From Mobula hypostoma (taxonomy: Eukaryota), in assembly GCF_963921235.1 (NCBI RefSeq), contig NC_086097.1, positions 141,610,001 through 141,674,000 of the forward strand: DNA of 64,000 nucleotides, in the 5' to 3' direction. Position numbers and translations under genes: made by a program. Below, in pieces: positions 13,946 through 25,114 of the stretch. Under the pieces are notes generated by a model that saw nothing but the letters and a program-made list of their open reading frames with translations, was not told the origin of the DNA and searched no databases. The stretch's first letter is position 1; every line of letters begins with the position of its first letter.

Positions 13946-14701
13946 TGTTACGTGTCCACAGTTTCGTTTTCCTGGGAGTCCATAGTTTTGTTTACTGTGG
14001 GCGTCACGTGTCCCCAGTTTCGTTACTGGGAGTTCACAGTTTCATTTCTGTGAGCGTTACCTTATGACGTATGCCGACGGTATAAAAGAAAGGTGGACAG
14101 TGCTGAGGAGTCGAAGGAAAGAGAGAGAGAGTGAAGATCACAGGCTTCGAGCTATCTGGGAACAGCTCACGATCGAGAAGGGTAAAGTCTAATGCTTACC
14201 CAAACCCAAAGGATTGGGTTAATCAGCAGCACACTGTGCATTGTGGAGACGTGTCTGTCCTTCGTATGATCCATGGGCGTGGATTTCGTGACAGTCACTT
14301 TGTGAAATTGCTCTTAGTGGGCTTCGGAACAGTATTCCTCGGCTGGGATCTTCGGTAACCGTCTCTTTGTTCGTTAGCCGTGGAATCTTTGGAATTCATC
14401 GTGATCGCCTTGTCGCTGCATTGTGAATCCACAAGTCTCTCCTCTCACCTATTTCACGAATTACTGGGACTCTCTGAACTGCTACTTTAAGACTGTGCTT
14501 GAGTAAAATTTGTTAAGAACACGTTGTAAGTTTGACTGTAAGGGAGCTATAGACGCATAACACTGTTAATTTCTGTTTAAGAAAGTAGTTTATTTAATTT
14601 TCTATATTTTTGAGTAGACGTAAATAAATATAGTGGTTTTAATATTAAAACCCAACTCAATTTGTCATCTCTTGCTGCTGGTACGTTACGAATTTGTAAC
14701 G
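13946..14701 (+). mobile_element. Probable solo LTR inserted in the Gypsy pol
   Basis: Begins tgttac, ends gtaac(g); flanked by G-runs; TATAAAA at 14081, AATAAA at 14623; host pol 'AVAEWP|KPSTDKQVRRF' is split here. Confidence 0.7.
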
Positions 14702-14798
14702 GGGCCACTCTGCAACTGCCTGAACTTTAGGAGGGTCAATTTGAACAATGGGTGGGGTAAGTATATAGCCCATAAAAACACCTGGTCTTTATGGAATA

Positions 14799-16360
14799 CA
14801 GGTTTCCCCCGCCATCCGAAGGTACAGCGTTCCTGTGAAACGGTTCGTAAGCCGAAATGTCGTAAAGCAAAGAAGCAAATACCATTTATTTATATGGGAA
14901 AATTTTGTGAGCGTTCGCAGACGCAAAAATAACCTACCAAATCGTGCCAAATAACACATAAAACCTAAAATAACAGTAACATATAGTAAAAGCAGAAATG
15001 ATATGATAAATACACAGCCTATATAAAATAGAAATACTTCTCTACAACGATTGCCTGCACAGATCTCCGTAGCAAAAATCTCATGCAAGCGCTCTCGGCA
15101 GAAAATCTCACGCAAGCACTGTTGGCATAAACGCACTCTCCGGTAACCTTTAAACTATGAAGCAGCCAAATGTACCAAATAACACGTAAAAATACACAGC
15201 CTATATAAAGTAGAAATAATATATGTACAGTGTAGTATCACTTACCGGAATTGGGAAAACAGCGCCGAGCACACTGATGATGGTGTGTTAGACTGAGTCG
15301 TCGCAGACTGGGTGGTGCAGTAGCCCCCACCCTCCGGGCTGCAACCCGATACATTGCCGCGAAGAACGCAGTGGTAGCCAGGAGGCACACAGCACATCGT
15401 TAAGAAAAAAGCCTAAATAAAAATGGTAATTAATTAGGTGCTGCCCGGCACGTAAATGTCGGCGCAGATCAGAGGCGATTGTCGATTGCATCGCCTCTGA
15501 TCTGGGCTGACAATTACGTGCTAGGCGTCATCTAATTAATTAGCATGTTTATTTCAACTTTTTTCTTAAAGATGTGCTGTGTGCCTCCCGGCTACTGCTG
15601 TGTTCTTCGCGAATCGGTACAGTATCTGTCCGGGGCCTGGGTGTTGGGGTGGTGGGACACAGGGGTGTCATCTCATCGTCGATCAGGGCAGGCAGCTCAT
15701 CTTCTCCTGTGACTGCCCACCTCGAATGTCAAAGGTTGAGGTTCATCATCTGCTGTGGCTGATGTGGAAGGCCTGCTTGACTGCTGAGCTTCATGCATTT
15801 TTCTATCATACAGTTGTTTGTAAGCACTCAAACCATCCTGCAAATATCCCCTAAACCTACGTACCCTTTCAAAATTAAAGTCGTACTTTATCATTGCAGC
15901 GAAAATCTCACGCAGTTGCTTCACTTTCTGCATTCGGTTTCAAGTGTTATCCTTTCCTCTTCCAATTGCATCAGCTCTTCATCTATCAGTTCTTGGTCAT
16001 GGGATGCCAAAACCTCTTCAACATCATCCTCGTCAACTTCCACAAGCCAAACTCACTTTGTCCTTGCTTCGTTCACCACGATCGAAACGCTTAATTATGT
16101 CTAGTTTTATGCTAAGTGTAACACCCTTACTCTTCCAGGCTTTTCCAACACCTTAGAACTCATCTTGCTAATGGCTGCTCAATGCAATGTGTTAAGGCAA
16201 TGCCGTTCCGAATCCGAGGGAGAGCGGCTGCTCGGGGCACGCGCTGCCTTTCTTCGTAACAGTGAAAACACCTTCTGAAAGCAAAAACAGGGTACTAATG
16301 TAGGTCTTTCGTAACAGTGAGGTTTCATAAAGCGTACGTTCGAAAAGCGGGGGACACCTG
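14799..16360 (-). mobile_element. Tigger/pogo-like DNA transposon deletion derivative
   Basis: TIRs caggtttcccccgc / gcgggggacacctg; TA TSDs; host RT 'EKCV|FHKDQV' rejoins exactly; acidic transposase C-terminal remnant 'EVDEDDVEEVLASHDQEL'. Confidence 0.88.
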
Positions 16361-19300
16361 TACACATTTTTCAGGCTTGGCATACCGGTTATTTTCAAGA
16401 AGGCATCTGAGTACTCTTCGGACATGCTCCTGATGAGAGCCGGAATAGATAAGGATGTCATCTAAATACACAAACCGGTTCAACATGTCCCTGAGCACAT
16501 CATTAACCAAGGCCTGGAATACAGCCAAACCAAAAGGCATCACCAGGTATTCATAGTGGCTATTAGAGGTGCTGAAAGCCGTTTTCCACTCATCCCCTTC
16601 TCTTATGCGAATCAGATTGTAAGCATTGCGCAGATCAATTTTAGAAAATATTGTTGCTCCCTGGAGATGTTCAAATGCAGATGCCAGCAAGGGAAGAGGG
16701 TAGCAGTTCTTCACAGTGATGCTGTTCAGGGTCTGATAATTGATGCAGGGATGGAGCTTGCCATCTTTCTTGCTCACAAAGAAGAAGCCTGCTCCTGCCT
16801 GCAAGGTTGACAGATGGATAAACTCCATGCTCAGTTCCTTCTTAATGCACTCCTCCATGGCCACCGTTTCAGGACGAGAGAGCTAAAAGAGCTGGCCCTG
16901 GGGAGGACTAGTGCCAGGTAGGAGGTCTATGGCACAGTCACATGGCCGGTGTGGGGGCAGGGTGGTGGCTCTTCTTTTACTGAAAACATCAAGGAGATCC
17001 GCATATTCAGCCGGAATCCCAGACAGGTCCACATCCTTAGCTGACACAGGAGGGGATTCATGGAACGGAGCTTGAATTGGACGTAGACAGGCATGCCGGG
17101 CCCCACACTTGGAGTACCTTCAGAGACCAATCGACCCGTGGGTTATGTCGGGATACCAGGGGAGACTAAATACCAGTGGCAGTTCAGGTGAATTAACCAG
17201 ATAGAAAGATATTTCTTCATGATGGTTGCCTTCGAGCACCAGTTGGAGGGGTTGGGTGGAAAGGTGGATCTGGCCGGAACCCAGAGGTCGACCATCCAGT
17301 GCCTTGACATTGATCTTTTCTCTTAATCCCTGAGTTGGAACTCCCCATCTTTGAGCAAGAGAAATGTCCATAAGATTCCCGGCTGCACCGGAGTCAATAA
17401 ATGCCTTAAGTTCATGGGTCTGAGACCTCCATGACGAGGAAGCTGCAAGCATTACAGAATTAGGGGAAGCTGACTGACTGAAGAGAGAACTGACCCGTCA
17501 GGATGCCCCTCCCTGCTGACGGGTATTCTCTTTTACTGGACGCTTGGAACATGCCACCCAGAAGTGACCTGAATCACCACAGTAAAGGCAGGAACCCATT
17601 CTCCGGCGCCACTTTCATTCGTCCTGAGACAGGCGCATGGGCCCCACTTGCATAAGCTCCTCCATGGGCTGGGTGCTGGGTGGTGAGGGAGGTGAGGGCG
17701 AGGAAAGATGGTGATCTGGCGGCGCATAGGAAATTTGAAACATTCTTTCCCTGCGCCACTCAATTACCCAGTCGTCAACTCGAATAGCCAGATCAATCAG
17801 ATCATCCAGACTATCCTGCTCATCCCAGACAGCGATCTCATGCCGGACCCCTATATTCAGTCCACGCCGGAAGGCAGTGATGAGAGATCTCTCATTCCAT
17901 ACTGTCTCTACTGCAAGGGAATAGAATTTGACTGCATAGACTCACCGTTCCTCTGCCTTGGTGCAGATCCAAGAGTTGGCGGGAAGCCTCCTGACCCTGT
18001 ACCGGAAGATCGAAAACCCTCCTTAACTCCACCACAAAATGTCAGAACAACTGGGCTGCGGGGTATCCTTGCTCCCGTAAAGCGTTGAATAGGCTGAGTG
18101 GAGGTCCGTCAAGAAAATTGACCATGTACGCCAATTTTCTCGCATCATCACCAAAATGACCAGGCTGGGCTTGGAATGTCAGCTCGCATTGGGTAATAAA
18201 ATTCCTGCAAACATCAGGATCATGAGAATATCTGCCTGGTGGTGGAATATTCGGTTCCTGAACAGTCGTGGGAGTCGGATCTGGTCCAGGTGCAGGAGCG
18301 GGAGCATTAGTAGCAGAGATTGTCGGGGCAGCAGGAAAGGAGAACCTGTGAGATGCTGGAAGTGGGACTGAAGTGGCCTGACGCTGCTGAATTGAGCTGG
18401 CAAGAACGTTAATGACTGTCAGCTGATGCTGGCTGTTCACAGTAAGTAAGTACGTGGACGGTGGCTGTGAGTGCAGAAATCGCAAACACCTGAGTCCGAT
18501 TGTCTGAGGTGAGCTGTTGAACAGCTGTGGCTATGGACGATACCTGTTCCTCCAAGTGAGATGGGTTTATTGGCACGAGGTTATCTGCCTCATTGCCTCC
18601 GTAACTTCACTGAGAACAGATTCCATTGCCTGTGGCTTGTCTCCTACCTGACCAATGAACCTCACAGCCAAGTTAAGCTGCTCTCTCTCTGCTGGGTCCA
18701 TCTTTGTTTTTCGAGACTTGCTGTTACTGTGTTCAGATATGGCGCAAGTGCGAGTGAGAGACACTGAGGCAGACTTTAATACAAACAGTATTAAAGGGAA
18801 AATAAAACAATAAACGCTAGGCCAAACAGGGTTGTTAACTAAAACTCTCAAAAGGAAAACGAAGCCTATACTGCGGCTGAAAAGAATATCTAAACATTAA
18901 ACGAATACTACTAGTCTTCAGGGTCAGTTGATTTGAAAGTCCAGTAGCTTAGGGAAGGCCGAATGCAAGACACCAGCAAAGCGTTCCTTTGCTCTGTCCA
19001 AGTCTCGACAAGCACTACGATGACAAGAATGGAGTTAAATACTATCACAATTAAATAATAATTACCTGACACGTGCAAATTCACAAGCGTAATTTCCATA
19101 TCTACTGTGCTGCCGAATCCATGATTGTGACAATAACCTTTGGAAATTACATTCTTCATGGAAGCTGTGTAGTCAAAATGACAAATCCTTCTTAAACCTC
19201 ACTTTTAGATTTAGAGCATACTGTTCAGCAATCTTCCTATTATTAGGCAAGTTAACCTCTTTCTTTCTCAAAGGTAAACTAATCTGATAGTGGCCATCAA

Positions 19301-22300
19301 CCAGTTTTGCAGAATTCATAACCATCTCCATGAACTTGTGATCTTCTCTTGACAAACCAGGTTATTCATCCAGAATGCATTCAGGGAAGTCTGCCTTGAA
19401 CTACCACTGCTAAAGTTCATCCAAGTTCAAAACTGAGATCCTGTTATCTGTCAGCTCTGGCTGTGCAGTCCCTTCCATCACCATGGTCTCCTTTCAGTGG
19501 TCCATTCACAGTCCAACCCAACATTGTTCTAATTCCATAATGTCCATTATTAACACTGTGAATCACTGGCAATGGCTGCAATGCTTTAGGTACATTTGTC
19601 CATATTAGCAGGTCAATTTCTGAATCTATCTCTGGCAGTTGGACATGTTTCTAGTGAGACCATCCTTGGAGATCCCTCTATCATCGAATGTTCGCTTTGT
19701 TGGCAGGTATACTTTCCTGCATATAAATACGAGGTAGTTCACAATAGATTTCACCATCTAAGCCAGCCACTTCCAACCCTGAAACAATGTAGCTACTCAA
19801 GATCTTCTCTTGACCCATGGTGTGTAAGAGAAAGCATGTTCTTTTTCCTATGAGGTTGAGCTTGTTCATGAGGCTCGTTGTGCAGAATACCGCTGTACTT
19901 TCTTGATCTAGGAAGGCATAAGTAACCACTGTCCTGTTACCCTTCTCAGACTACACCTGTACTGGAACTATGGGAAGTTTACAATCATGATCACCAGCCC
20001 CTGTAAGGCCATTAGGTACCAGTGCACTACTCACTACTGTGTGTGCTTCTATCAAAGATTGTTTTGGTTCTCCTCCCTTTTCATTAGAGTGAATATGCTG
20101 GAATGTTTGCTTTTGCATACTTTGCATGAAAGACGCTTCCTGCAGTCCTTGCTGATGTCTCCTGTACACAAACAGCCAAAGCAGACACCATTTTCTTTTA
20201 GGAAGGCAATCTTCTGCAATGAGCCCATTTCTCCAGCACAGGGCATGAATCCAATTCATGTTCAACCTCATAGAACAGACAAACCCTTCTGGCTGATGAA
20301 ACCCTTCCATTAGTTCCAGGTTCAGTTTTAGTTTTACCTCTCACAGTGGCCACAGTAGTGGCAAAGTAGTTCCTTTAGCCTTAGAACAATGCTATATCAC
20401 TGCTTATTGACGATGATATAGCCTCCTGTGTATTCGTACATACTGAGTGTGTAGCAATCTTTACTTGCCTTTCTATAAAATCAGCAATATCAGTGAAGGC
20501 AATCTTACATTTGTGCCTTTCTTACAGTTTAGAGACCACCATTCTCTGCTTATTCCTAAGCATATAGGGAAATTGTTTTACAACAATCAACATATTAGCA
20601 GGCATGCCATGGCATTACAACAGCCTCTAAGAGAACAACTGTAGTCTTGAAGAGCTCTCAATTCTTCAGATTTGATAGATACTCAAGAAAGAGCCTTTTG
20701 TATTTAGGTGGATACAATTTTCTGTTCAAGATAAAATGTTCCTGTAGTAAAGCCTTAGCTTTTAGATATCCTAGCTTAGGGTCAACCTGCTGGCAACTTA
20801 TAACAAATTCTAAAGGGCAACCTCTAGTGTACTGTTCAAAGAAATAGAAGCAGTCATTAAAGCTACCATCAAAGATTTGAACCTCTCTTTTAGGCAAAGA
20901 TGAAACGTATTACATTTCATTTCATTTTTCTTCCTCATAATATCAACAGTACTATTTTGACTTCTATCATCTAAAACAAGCGAGTTTCCATGCTATAAGT
21001 TAATGTCCCCATGAGCACTTTGAACTTCTGGTTATGATATAGGTTCAGAGTGCCTCATTAGTGCGGGATTTGAGTAAACACCCTGAACTACTTCTTGGGG
21101 GTCTTATTCATGTTTCCCAGACACTTGAGGAGTGGATAAATCAGCATTGGTATTGGGTGTTTCTGTTTTCCTTGTACCTTTTCAAAATAGGAACTCACAC
21201 AGTAGGATTGTCCTGCTGGAGCATTTTGAGTACTTGCCATACCAAGCCCTTAGCACATTAACTTTAGCCAGATGTGTGACAATTCTCTTCCAACTTAAGC
21301 TGCTCCTTACTTTTCCGTAGCTGCTCCTTTTGCTCTTCCAGTGCATGTGTGTTCTTTAATCATCATGTGATTATTGCAGCTAAATCAGCCTCTGTTTTAA
21401 TATAACGCATGCAGAGGAGGTAGTAGATACAGAAGATATTCTTCCTGCAACAGAGCTTCAAGCACTGACATTAGACACTCTGTTGTTTGGTTTCTTGTCA
21501 TCCTGTGGGTCACCTGCTGAATGAAAAGTCAAAATATGCCTTGGAATTTGAGAAACATTGTCTAATGGAAGGTGAGACACATATTCACTTGTTGCAGCAA
21601 TATGACCTTCAATGGAACGTTTGGTTCAACCATTGTTTCACATCCCCAATGAATGCCTTACAATAGCTATCAATGTCTGAAAAACATCCATTTTGTTATT
21701 CTTGTTTAAGCTTGCAAAGAAATGAGATTAACATGTGATGTTGCTTTGCTATAGCCTCACAGAGATTAGTCAAATCCACAAGATAAGATTGCACTTGTAA
21801 GGTGTGTTCTTTAATTTTCATAACATCATTAATTAATTGTATTAAACCTATAATTTTGTTCACATTTGTTTCATGCTCTTTTTGAAAACTTTCAATTAGA
21901 TTAGCCTTCGTTTAGCTTCAGTTTCTCTTTTGCAAGCCCAAACTGCAGGGTGTTTGGGACCAATTCCATGCTTCAATACACTCATGTTACTTCCTCTAGT
22001 TAAGCAACTTGCAATTAACTCTTTGTTCACCCACAACTCCGGCAGTATTCGATTCAATAAATGTAGTCAATAAACAAAATGTCCACGTATCCACTGCACT
22101 TAAACCAGGCCGAACAAACAGCCTTCAATTCAAATACTGGCAACCGGAACATTTCATCACTTCAATAAAACAAGGTGACAAACCCTTAGGGAAACACCAC
22201 ATAATTAAGCAGTGGTCCCCCAATGGATAGACAGCACTGATCATTGAAACTATGCTCAAAGCACAAATGCATAGCATGAATCAACAAAAGATTGCAGATA

Positions 22301-23289
22301 ATCTTACTGTAAAATGCTCCTGTTTCTGGCATATTGTCCTCAGAAATGAATTCTAATTTCACCAATGGGTCCAAGGTAATCCTTTGCCATAGACTAGTGT
22401 TCATTTCGTATAATTATTTGTTTGTTGACAAAATATAGCAGTCACTTTAAAACAAACCAAAACCGCTCAGAGACTAAGCCAGGAGATCAACTGTATTGCT
22501 TCCGAATCTCGAAGTTCCACAGTCAAGAAAGGTACCTGCGATCTTTTATTATGAAACCAGCAAAGATGAATGATAATATAGTGGTAAAAAACTAACAAAA
22601 CTAAATTAGCGAGTTAGTGATCTTAGCGTTCAAATCAGTTTAGATAAGCATTCTAATTAGCGATATCAGAATTTGTGTTCTATATGTATTTAAGCGAAAT
22701 TAGCAATTTAGTTAGCATACCTATAATGGCCCATTAGCAGTCGACAAAAAATATCATTCTCCATGACTCAACCACTCTCCACCAGACTAAACTAAACAAC
22801 TAAGACAAAGCGAAAATACGTAACTATACTCACTTGCTTCTACCATATCCCAACCTACATGGCAGATTACCATAATAAACATGCCACAAAATACCACACA
22901 GACAGAAAATAGATACATGGCTCCTCACTGCCATTAATTCTGTATTCTACCTTAAAATTCAACCCTCCAAAGTGAATCACTTCACAATTTCTGAGTTGAA
23001 TTCCACCTGCGACTTCTCAGTTCAGCTCTGCATCCTATCAATATTCAGCTGTAATCTATGACAACCTTCTACACTATCCACACCACTGACCTTTGCATCA
23101 TCTGCAAACTTACTAACCTACCCTTCTATTTATTCATTTAAATCATTTATATAAGTCACAAAGAACAGGGGTTCCAGAACAGATTCCTGCAGAACACCAC
23201 TGGTACTGACCTCCAGGCAGAATATGTCCATCTACTATGACACTCTTGTCTTCAGTGGACAAGCCAATTCTAAATCCACACAGCCAACA

Positions 23290-23690
23290 TGGATTTCAGT
23301 AAAGCCTTTGAAGATTGGTTCAAAAGGTTCAAGGCCTAGGGATCCAGGACAATTTGGCAAATTGGATTCAAAATTAGCTTGCTGATGGGAGGCAGGGGCT
23401 GATTGTTGAGGGTTACTTTGTGATTAGAAGCAAGTGATGAATACCATACTAAAAGGATTGGTATAGGAACCGTTGTTTTTTGTTATAACCATTTATGATA
23501 TGTATTTGAATGTAGGAAGTATAATTGGAATGACAACTAATAGAGAGGAGAATTGTGTTCAGCTACAGAACAATATTAATGAGTTGGTAAGATGAGTAGA
23601 TGAACAGCTGATAAAATAAATTTTGTAAAATGTGATTTGATACATTTGGGAGGACTATAAAAACTAAGATATAGATAATAAATACATGTA
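23290..23690 (+). mobile_element. Old CR1 RT fragment
   Basis: atggatttcagtaaagcctttga (MDFSKAF) and downstream RT remnants. Confidence 0.7.
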
Positions 23691-23806
23691 AGACCCCACT
23701 TAAAATATGATCTAAGCAGAATAATAATACCCTTAGATTAATTTCCGAGTTACTTTCATTAATGAAAAGTATACAATCATTCTAGGAGCCTTGTACAGTA
23801 CCATAC

Positions 23807-23928
23807 CTTTTTGTAATTCAAGAAGTTGTGGTCTGATGATTGCTAAGGTTCTTTCAACTTTTTTGTACTTTTCATAAATCGTGGGAAAGAAGAAACTGAA
23901 TAGCTTGTGGGCTAGGTCCCTAATGTCA
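23807..23928 (-). CDS. NME8: NME8-like exon: (S)DIRDLAHKLFSFFFPTIYEKYKKVERTLAIIRPQLLELQK
   Basis: Acceptor ttttatttattttctctag, donor gtatgg; 122 nt, phase 2 to 1; FFP end of NDK1 and ERTLAIIRP start of NDK2. Confidence 0.9.
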
Positions 23929-24839
23929 CTAGAGAAAATAAATAAAACAGCTTATTTCCTTCAGAGTTGCTTACAAATCTTAAGCAACTAAAATAAATCT
24001 ACTTTTGAAATTCTTAAGTAAGGCAGAAAAAGTAAAATATCCATGTAGTTATCTGTTGCTACAGGCAGATTGTGCAGAAGACAATCATTGAAATAATATC
24101 TCAATATGGTATTTCAATCCTACATTTCAGCTCAAGCAAATTCCACAGCAGGGAAATTGGACTCTTCCAATCAAGTGACAATTTCAAGTGGCATTCATCT
24201 GGGGAGAATTCAAACCGCAATTTATTTGAAACTTAGTATTATGAGGAAAAGTTCAAAGAGAATTTCACCACTTATTTTCAACATAATATACAGTAACTGT
24301 GGCTCTCTTTTTAGGAGTGATAAACTGCTTCTCTGGTACTTTATAATGGTTGGTGTCTGCGGGGATAGAGACAGAAACCAGGTGATAGGGCACCTGCCTT
24401 GTGTCTGCAGGATGGATGGGAATGGATTTCCTAGCTGCTGTGTAGCTGCAGGCACCTTCTACCAGCTGTGAATAGAGTATTTTTGACTGCCTTCTATCCC
24501 CTTCCTTCCCCCCAATACCCTGAACCACAAAAATCAGGGGTCTGATGGAGCCGGGAAGGGCTGGAGGTGCAGAGCAGAATCAATTGCTCACTCACTGAGT
24601 CTATGATGTCAAATGGGAGCCACTATTCCTGCACCTACCTGTTCACTCTCCCTTCACAGCCGTTTTTGACCTAAAGAACTTTGTCAGGATTACAGATCTC
24701 AATTCTGAGCCAATATTCTTCTGATAAAGAGGAACTGAAATATTCTTTTGGATTGAGTGAGGTTAGTGGTGAAGAAACATACTGTTATTCATAATTGTAA
24801 ACACAAGTATTAAATTTGCAAAACTACGGAAGTTTCAGC

Positions 24840-25110
24840 ATAAAGCAATGGAAGAAAGAAATTAGAAAGAAAGGAGATGGGTGACCAGCAGAAAGGGCAG
24901 ATAGTGTGCATAGATAATGTAGGAGTTACCTGTGGCCATTCCCTTCTCAAGCAGATATATCGTCTGTATTCAAAACTGTTGGGGGATGAAGCAGGAGGGT
25001 GGGGAAGGAGGGGGAATGGGCTCTCAAAAGAAAGTGGCAACAGTAGCAAAGTTTATGGCACCATAGTTGGCTCTGATGCATAGCAGGAAAAGAAAAAGTT
25101 ATGGTGAGCA
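24840..25110 (+). mobile_element. CR1 ORF1 relic
   Basis: cctgtggccattccctt..gatatat..actgttggggg resembles the ORF1 segment of the element at about 2050-2110. Confidence 0.55.
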
Positions 25111-25114
25111 ATAG

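Larger units (their letters stand above)
13070..19132 (-). mobile_element. Ty3/Gypsy Tf1-sushi-type LTR retrotransposon, 3' end lost
   Basis: 5' LTR 18722-19132 (TGTCAC...GTAACA); gag starts MDPAE at 18701; CLYCGDSGHFWVAC knuckle near 17550-17595; protease IDSGA; RT YLDD (16325..16864); RNase H DAS (13477..13707); start of integrase. Confidence 0.92.
10723..22927 (-). mobile_element. BEL/Pao LTR retrotransposon, decayed, with nested inserts
   Basis: LTRs 10723-11226 and 22434-22927; 5-bp TSD ctgcc (10718-10722, 22928-22932); PPT ggggctggga next to the 3' LTR; gag 'PKREVQIFDG', Cys knuckles CFGCLC..C..C..H, protease 'TYAFLD', 'GHYQISLP', RNase H 'FVANRV'. Confidence 0.93.
8873..23288 (-). mobile_element. 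Old CR1 host copy broken by later insertions (pieces about 8873-9558, 10596-10722, 22928-23288)
   Basis: 3' tail catagaacatagaa at 8876; the reverse-strand RT sequence resumes across the BEL TSD. Confidence 0.75.

Noticed and set aside
17120..18701. Domesticated PEG10/RTL-like gene
   Set aside because: gag and pol are fragmented by frameshifts and the LTR is still attached; a decayed transposon.
24106..24528. ORFs near 24.1-24.5 kb as the missing NDK1 exon
   Set aside because: No NDK motifs; the candidate acceptor gives a stop after four codons in the required phase.
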